Source: an uncultured virus (IMG/VR IMGVR_UViG_3300047491_000541)
Lineage: Duplodnaviria; Heunggongvirae; Uroviricota; Caudoviricetes
DNA length: 64,000 bases
IMG/VR virus record: IMGVR_UViG_3300047491_000541
Strand: one strand, 5' to 3'
Shown here: positions 57,890-64,000 of the stretch, piece after piece
Layout of the letters: every line of letters starts with the position of its first letter
How positions within the stretch are numbered: the first letter of the stretch is position 1
The notes under the pieces: model-generated
Database searches by the model: none
What the model saw: only the letters and a program-made list of their open reading frames with translations
What the model was told of the DNA's origin: nothing
Translations under genes and position numbers: made by a program

Positions 57890-58183
57890 TCATCTAACCC
57901 TCTCATCATCGTAAACATAAACCCTCCCACCCGGAAAATTGCCGACAGACATAGTCCTGTCAAACTTGTATTCACAACGACAATACCCGTACTTCATCCA
58001 CTCTCTTAAATCACTGGCGCTCTGAAACACCGTCCTGCTCAAACATAGGGAACACTCCACCCAATACCAAGTCTCATGCCCTAAAGCCTCATTCAAAACC
58101 ATCCTAAGCCGATCTAGAGTCATGACCTTGAAAAAGGAAATCTCCCTATCTACTTCTTGCTCTGCTTGAACTATCCCGCCCAT
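57890..58183 (-). CDS. hypothetical protein
   Basis: 97 aa with CxxC. Confidence 0.5.
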   Translation of the reverse strand: MGGIVQAEQEVDREISFFKVMTLDRLRMVLNEALGHETWYWVECSLCLSRTVFQSASDLREWMKYGYCRCEYKFDRTMSVGNFPGGRVYVYDDERVR

Positions 58184-58379
58184 TCTTTACCTTTTTGTTT
58201 TTACTAAACCACTTGATGCTATCATACCCCTTCCGGTATCGATCTATATCCTTGACCCGACTCACTGACCCCTTGCCCGCCTCATGCTCTCCTATCATCT
58301 TACCCCTCTCCAAATAACTCTGATAAACCACTAAATCTTCCGCTTCATCCACCCATGTACAAAAATAGCCATTTTCCAA

Positions 58380-58930
58380 AACCTCGAAATTTTAAATTTT
58401 GAAACACCCTTTCTCTAAATATCTTCTTTCAACCATTTTACCCCATTTCCTAAAATGTAAATTTTATAAATTTCCGAAACGTAGAATAGGCCCCCGCTCT
58501 TGAAATTCATTCAGCTAGATTTATAGCTGTCCTATCCTATCCTATCCTGTTAAACTTACCCCTCTGATTATACCCTATCTCTGATTATACCCTACCCTCC
58601 GCTTTCACGATGATCCTCCCCCTCCCACAGACACCATCTCTGACGGATCTGCAGGCTTTTTATAATTTTAATGTGTTCCACCAAACTGTAAAATGAGCGT
58701 AATAATATAATAAGCATAGTTTTCGCCCTTGACGGACTACACACCATTCTACTCTGTAAATAGTTTGCAATTGAATCACTTATGAGATTTTACAAGCATT
58801 TTTTACTTGATTCTGAAAGTGAGTGTAAATACCACTTTTCGTGAGTGTAAATACTTTCAAAAGTAAAGAAAAAAGTTTGGTTTTATACATCATAGGGGGA
58901 CTTGTAAGATTAACCCATTTTGGGTGTCAC
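58380..58930. other. AT-rich non-coding region with short direct repeats (possible origin or regulatory region)
   Basis: cctat x3, ctctgattatacccta x2 (58562, 58579), gtgagtgtaaatac x2 (58819, 58841); no ORF >=60 aa. Confidence 0.35.
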
Positions 58931-59685
58931 GTCCTCAGTAAGTCTTCGTTATCAGAACAGTTCTCTCCGAGTTTTTATCGCTAGGGATAGTGTCCTGCGG
59001 ATACCACATAGTCGGCTCACTATCGAATGAAGTCAGCTTGTAGCCCTGACACCGCTTTGCAAAATGAGACTCCAACATGTGGATACATGTAATGCAATTT
59101 CTTGGATCAAAATTCCCCAGACCAACTTTGTCTTTTTTCTCCGACATATGCCTAGCTTTTTTGATAGTTTTTGTCTCTATTTATGTCCTTATATGATACT
59201 ACCCTTACTTTTACCCTTACTTAGTGATTATTACCCTTTCTCGCCTTCTAGGTGGGGGGGGTCAATTTCTATTAATTACAAGTGACGTATAAACTGAAGA
59301 TTTTTCTATAGTATAGGAGAACATCAATTTACAACAGCGTGTGGAAATATTATTATGGGTGTTTGATTTCGACCCATCTTTTTGGTTATTAGAGGGGTGT
59401 TGGTTTCATTGTGTCTGACTTCATGCGTCCTTTTTGGGGCATATAAGATTCGATGTCCCATCTGCGTGTTTCGGCTTAACAGGACAGAACAAGCGACCGT
59501 TGAACAAAAGGTGGAAACACCTTCATGTGTCACGGGCTACGGTAATAAATGCCCATCCAAGAACCGTTGAAGTAGATTCATGGTGGCGTTATGGTCATGC
59601 GGATGACGCTGACCACAGGCGGTGCTTCGTTTATGATATTTGGACGGGAGTATGAGGCTTTCCTGTTGCCGGGAATATTGTGGCT

Positions 59686-60222
59686 TTAATCATTGGTCCA
59701 CCTCCATTTTCTAAACAATGATTTTTGTGATTGAGCTTTAAATTCCGTATTTGTGAATGAGTGTCCGGCAGCGTTGGTATAGACTGGCAGGTTATTCGTC
59801 ACATAGGCCAGATAAAATATTTTATTGACATCATTGGCAGCCAGAGCAGACGGGATAAAGGACCAGTCTACTTTGGCCATTTTGATGATTTGATCGGGAG
59901 CATTGGGGATCGGATTAGGCATAGCCTCAACGACGGTTGTATTACCGCCTCTGGCTGCGCTGAAAATCATAAGTGTGCAGATTAAGCCATAGAGGGTTTT
60001 GATTGAGAGTTTTTGCCCATTACTGGCAGTGACCATTAGGACGGCAAAGATGGCACTTAGTGACAGTGCTACGATAGCCGATGGCAAGACAGGGAAGGAC
60101 GAGCAAAGGCTCGTGGTGAAGGCCAGAACCATGGCTGAGCACGCTCCTGCCCCTACTACTGGCTTTGGACTGAGAAATTCGGACAGTTTGACTGCTTGTG
60201 AGGGTTCGACTGGTTCTGGCAT
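59686..60222 (-). CDS. membrane protein (three predicted TM helices)
   Basis: Hydrophobic segments in the N-terminal half; AAGGAG RBS. Confidence 0.65.
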   Translation of the reverse strand: MPEPVEPSQAVKLSEFLSPKPVVGAGACSAMVLAFTTSLCSSFPVLPSAIVALSLSAIFAVLMVTASNGQKLSIKTLYGLICTLMIFSAARGGNTTVVEAMPNPIPNAPDQIIKMAKVDWSFIPSALAANDVNKIFYLAYVTNNLPVYTNAAGHSFTNTEFKAQSQKSLFRKWRWTND

Positions 60223-60564
60223 GATTTTGGTCTCCTTGTTTTTGAGTTATCGTTCTATAGTGATAAATCGAAAAGGTCTGCCTGCAGGAGCCGAATTCAG
60301 TTTAGCGTCATTCTTGGAGGATTAATTGGCGACGGCTCTGATGATTTAGATATAGCAGACTGACCATTAGGTTTGCAATAGCCTCCGCCAACGACGACCA
60401 ATAATTTGACGGCAAAATACAAAAACAAAACAAAAATCAAACAGCCTAATGGCCCCCACCTGTCGTCGTCGTCTTCTGCTTCTTCTGCTTTATAGAGCCC
60501 GTACAGTTTTGCCACGTCGATGCAATGCTGACCCTCTGGAGTGGGTGGTTGTTCTGGGTTATCA

Positions 60565-61353
60565 TCACTCACTGAGATTACCTCTTCGTTGTCTCTTGCG
60601 AAAAGACCATTTATCAAAGCCATGAGATTCAGCCTTGATTTTGTCAAGAACTGGATGATCTTTTATTGATCCATCCCTTTTCACATCCCTCTTAGCCAGT
60701 TCATTTGTAAGATACCTCTCAATTGAATTAAATGCGGAAAATGGATCAATCCTCCGGTGCATCAGGACGACAGAAAGAACTGGATTTATGATAACTGAGG
60801 ATGAATACTGGCATAGTCCATCCCTTCTCGCGTAATTAGCATCATCGCCCATCATTTCTGGAACACCGTCGGCATGACAGAAAATAGGGGCATTCAATTT
60901 ACGATGCATTTCATCGATGGAGATTTTCTGAGCGACAGCATGACCGGGCAATTTTACGGCGGTAAAATCTATTGCGCCCCACGGCTTATCAGCTAGATCG
61001 AAAAGAGCCTTCATCCTTTTTTGGGGCGAGAAATCAAATGCATTTTTATCATTGATAATCTTGGACGGCAGATCATTATACGAGAAGACATAAGACTCCC
61101 GACCAGAAGTTGTGGTTATACGAGCCACTGGGATAGCTTTCCCGCAGAACCAAATGACAAAACCGAAAACGTCAACACCAGCAGGCTGCCTCTGAGGCTT
61201 ATAAATCCGCTCGCCAAGGAGAACTGGAGAAGGAATGGCAAATTTGACATCAACTACTTTTGGTTTTCTTTCCCAAGAGTAGGTTTGATCTGACATCATT
61301 TTATCACGAGCTAGATAGTCGTAATAGTCTTTGTATGTGCTAATTAGTTTCAC
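60565..61353 (-). CDS. conserved phage hypothetical protein
   Basis: MKLIS.YKDYYD start and KAESHGFDKWSFRK end. Confidence 0.7.
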   Translation of the reverse strand: MKLISTYKDYYDYLARDKMMSDQTYSWERKPKVVDVKFAIPSPVLLGERIYKPQRQPAGVDVFGFVIWFCGKAIPVARITTTSGRESYVFSYNDLPSKIINDKNAFDFSPQKRMKALFDLADKPWGAIDFTAVKLPGHAVAQKISIDEMHRKLNAPIFCHADGVPEMMGDDANYARRDGLCQYSSSVIINPVLSVVLMHRRIDPFSAFNSIERYLTNELAKRDVKRDGSIKDHPVLDKIKAESHGFDKWSFRKRQRRGNLSE

Positions 61354-61811
61354 TCTTGTCTTACTTCCTGTTCGATAGGTCTATTTTCTACTAAATTGGT
61401 ATGTCCATCGAGATAAAGAAAACGCACGGCATTAGTCCCCTGATAGTCCCCCGAACATACTGGACACTGAAATCTTGCATAGGTCGGAAGTCTTTTAATG
61501 GAATCACATACTGGGCAAGCCGGACTTGAAAACTCGTCGGTTTGACAAATTGAGCAAAAAATTTGTTTGGTTGGTTCTGGATTAACTTTGAGTCCCTTAG
61601 ATATGATTGACAACATCTTTTCCTTCTCCACTGGAGAGAATTCTCCTTCGGGTTTAAAGTTGACAGTCATACGGGAATAAGGCAAGGCAAGATATTGAGT
61701 GCCGTTCCCACCGACACAACCAGCCAAAATAAAACCAATAAACACGGTTGGCAACAATACCATCTTAAACATTCTCATCTTTTTATTCCTTTTTTTTAGA
61801 TAAAAACTCAT
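61350..61811 (-). CDS. putative lipoprotein with Cys motifs
   Basis: Lipobox-like LAGC after a hydrophobic stretch; CxxC x3. Confidence 0.55.
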   Translation of the reverse strand: MSFYLKKRNKKMRMFKMVLLPTVFIGFILAGCVGGNGTQYLALPYSRMTVNFKPEGEFSPVEKEKMLSIISKGLKVNPEPTKQIFCSICQTDEFSSPACPVCDSIKRLPTYARFQCPVCSGDYQGTNAVRFLYLDGHTNLVENRPIEQEVRQE

Positions 61812-62056
61812 TCATGGTCATTATACCCCTCAGACATGTTTTTATGAGATTCTTTCTTCATCTCTCACGACGATTGTCCCTGAAGGTACTTTATAAAACA
61901 TCCGTGGATGAATGTGATCCCATATCAATTGTTCCACATAGAACTTTACTAAAAACTACAGATTTTTCTTTAGTTTTCACAATCATGATCTTTCAGTTGA
62001 TATATCGGAAGAACAAAAAACTAAAGATTTTTCTTCACTTTTCTCATTTTACAATT

Positions 62057-62422
62057 TCATTCTGTCTGTCCAAGTGGATGCAAGATATGGATGACACCCC
62101 CTGCTGTGACGTGGAAATTTAAATGTTCAGGCAATTCTCGTAAACACAACTCTTGCAACTTAGACAGGATTGATTTCAAAAGTTCTTGACCAGACTTCAT
62201 CTTATTACTTCCACTGACATGAAGATAGAGTGTGTCATTATAATAATCCATAGAGACAATCATCCGGGTATTATCCTCAAAGTCGAAAATATTTTCCCGA
62301 TGATTTCCGGGGCGATCAGCACCCGCATTACACATCTTTTCAACGTCGTAGATTCGTTTCAGGGCAAACGGAAATCTTGCCGTCAGGTCTTGAATCGATT
62401 CTTTTTTAAATGGCAATCCCAT
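62057..62422 (-). CDS. hypothetical protein
   Basis: 121-aa ORF. Confidence 0.6.
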   Translation of the reverse strand: MGLPFKKESIQDLTARFPFALKRIYDVEKMCNAGADRPGNHRENIFDFEDNTRMIVSMDYYNDTLYLHVSGSNKMKSGQELLKSILSKLQELCLRELPEHLNFHVTAGGVIHILHPLGQTE

Positions 62423-62513
62423 AAAGTAACACCTATCGGTAATATCTACAACGAACTAAGCACAATCTGAATCATAATGATGATTATGAGGAAAGTTGAT
62501 GTAATATCGTCAC

Positions 62514-62777
62514 TCATACTCTTCCGATCCTCACGGTGATTTTCGTATGATCAAGCGTAATGTCCATCTCGGTCATGTTGGCATCTCGAAGCACCTTGTC
62601 CAGAGTAATCGCAGCCGCCTGAGCGGTCGTGCTACTGAATCCAACAGGATCATACAAATCCTTTGCAATCGTCCGAACGCCCCTAGCTAGAGTCTCATCA
62701 CTCCATTCCAGAAATGTCGGGGCTGCACGCTCGGCATCTGTCAACGTCTTGTCAAAATCTTCCACTTTGGTGCTCAT
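62514..62777 (-). CDS. hypothetical protein
   Basis: 87 aa, AAGGAG RBS. Confidence 0.65.
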   Translation of the reverse strand: MSTKVEDFDKTLTDAERAAPTFLEWSDETLARGVRTIAKDLYDPVGFSSTTAQAAAITLDKVLRDANMTEMDITLDHTKITVRIGRV

Positions 62778-63002
62778 GTCACAACTCCTTATTCTGTTTC
62801 TATTTCTTTTCTATTTCATCCAAGACGAGTTCCCAAACAGAATCCAGTGTCTCGTCTTCAGCCCAAGGAACATGCTTATCCGCCCATGTATCGAATGTGG
62901 CACGGCGAAATGAAGAATGCTTCATGCTTTTTACGAATGCCTTGGCTACATCAACGTTGATCGTGTTCTTTCCCATAGACCCTCCCATAATCCCAGTGAA
63001 CA

Positions 63003-63599
63003 TCAATTGGAGATCACAAATGGTTTACCACAATAAGGGCAGAACGCCCAAGACTTCCAACACTCTTCGCTACAGGTGGACTTCCCGCAAAGAGTCATCG
63101 GCTCATACTCGATATGCCCTGAAATCATGTCGTCAGGCTGCCGTTCACACCTCATCCCACACTTCGGCTTCTCAACCAGTTCCTTGATCGTGTCCGCCAA
63201 AGCCTTCAATCCTGCCGGAGTATCCACATGGTAATGACCACAGGCAAGCCCGTGAAACCAATCGCGAGGGCTAGGACACCCACAATGACCATCGATCCTT
63301 ACTTCCTGCCCAATAGCATTATGGAGTCTCTCTGCGGCTTTTACTTCGATCCCCGGTCCCTTGCAAACCCAGTAATTCCAAGACCGCTCGAATGTCCAGC
63401 CGTACAGTGAACCCATGATCGCTGACTTCACTTCGGCATTAAGATGTTGTCGACATTGATCCATGCCGCGACGAAGAAATTCGTAATTATTACGATGACG
63501 AAGAAATTCGTGGTTGTCGACATTGATCCCTGCCGCTTTCAACTCAGCAGCCAGGACATCATCTGTCTTCAAAACCCCAGCCATATTAGGAAAACTCAT
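63003..63599 (-). CDS. hypothetical protein with C-terminal Zn ribbon
   Basis: 198 aa, GGAGG RBS; FCPYCG. Confidence 0.7.
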   Translation of the reverse strand: MSFPNMAGVLKTDDVLAAELKAAGINVDNHEFLRHRNNYEFLRRGMDQCRQHLNAEVKSAIMGSLYGWTFERSWNYWVCKGPGIEVKAAERLHNAIGQEVRIDGHCGCPSPRDWFHGLACGHYHVDTPAGLKALADTIKELVEKPKCGMRCERQPDDMISGHIEYEPMTLCGKSTCSEECWKSWAFCPYCGKPFVISN

Positions 63600-64000
63600 T
63601 TCATGCCTCCAATCTAATATTCACGAATCCGGGTTGATCTGCACAAGGCTCACGCTCTGGTCCACCCTTAAGGTCTTTATTGCCCTTGCGAACGATTGCC
63701 CACCCGTTACCAGTCCAACACTCCTTCTGAGTGTTGGCGAATTCCTTGACCTCTTCATCTGTCCAATCCTCTGGAACACAGACTTGCATGTCTGACACGT
63801 TGATATACATTATCTTTGGTTTCATTTTATTCTCCCTTCTTAGAAAGAAGTTGTGGATCATCCGAAATGCCACCAGACAACCCGACCATATACTCCACAA
63901 AAGATGATCTTGTCTCAAGAGTAATCGGCAATGATGAAAAAACTGTATGAGTCCCGTAGTGTGGCTGAACTCCAATTAAGAAACCAGTGTCAATACATTT

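Noticed and set aside
1..64000. Integron integrase or attI/Pc platform
   Set aside because: No ORF with tyrosine-recombinase R-H-R-Y motifs recognised in this window

Overview
This window looks like part of a large dsDNA phage (or phage-like element) genome. Nearly all credible genes are on the minus strand, and no rRNA, tRNA or structural genes are recognisable. The core backbone carries a GT2 glycosyltransferase, an i-type-like lysozyme, a MoxR-type AAA ATPase broken by a naturally split intein, a Rad50/SbcC C-terminal half, NAD-dependent DNA ligase, a CobS/CobT-like AAA+vWA pair, a further AAA ATPase, a T4 gp30.3/NADAR-like protein and RmlC. Eleven copies of a conserved promoter-like motif (minus strand TTATTY-N12-GGTAATGT) punctuate it. 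Two unusual accessory systems sit in this backbone. (1) About 25 integron-type attC-like hairpins delimit small gene cassettes. They are dense at 36.3-39.3 kb and 41.6-55.4 kb, with islands at 3.4, 8.3, 21.8 and 27.3 kb. The ORFs lie antisense to the attC top strand, often start inside or read through the attC, and no integrase is present in the window. (2) A 10-kb tandem array holds 22 paralogous genes with constant ends and a variable number of 7-aa (21-nt) repeats. Many junctions between these genes contain GTTRRRY-type core sites, and one attC cassette has inserted precisely at such a junction. All functional calls come from motif recognition by eye; no database search was run.
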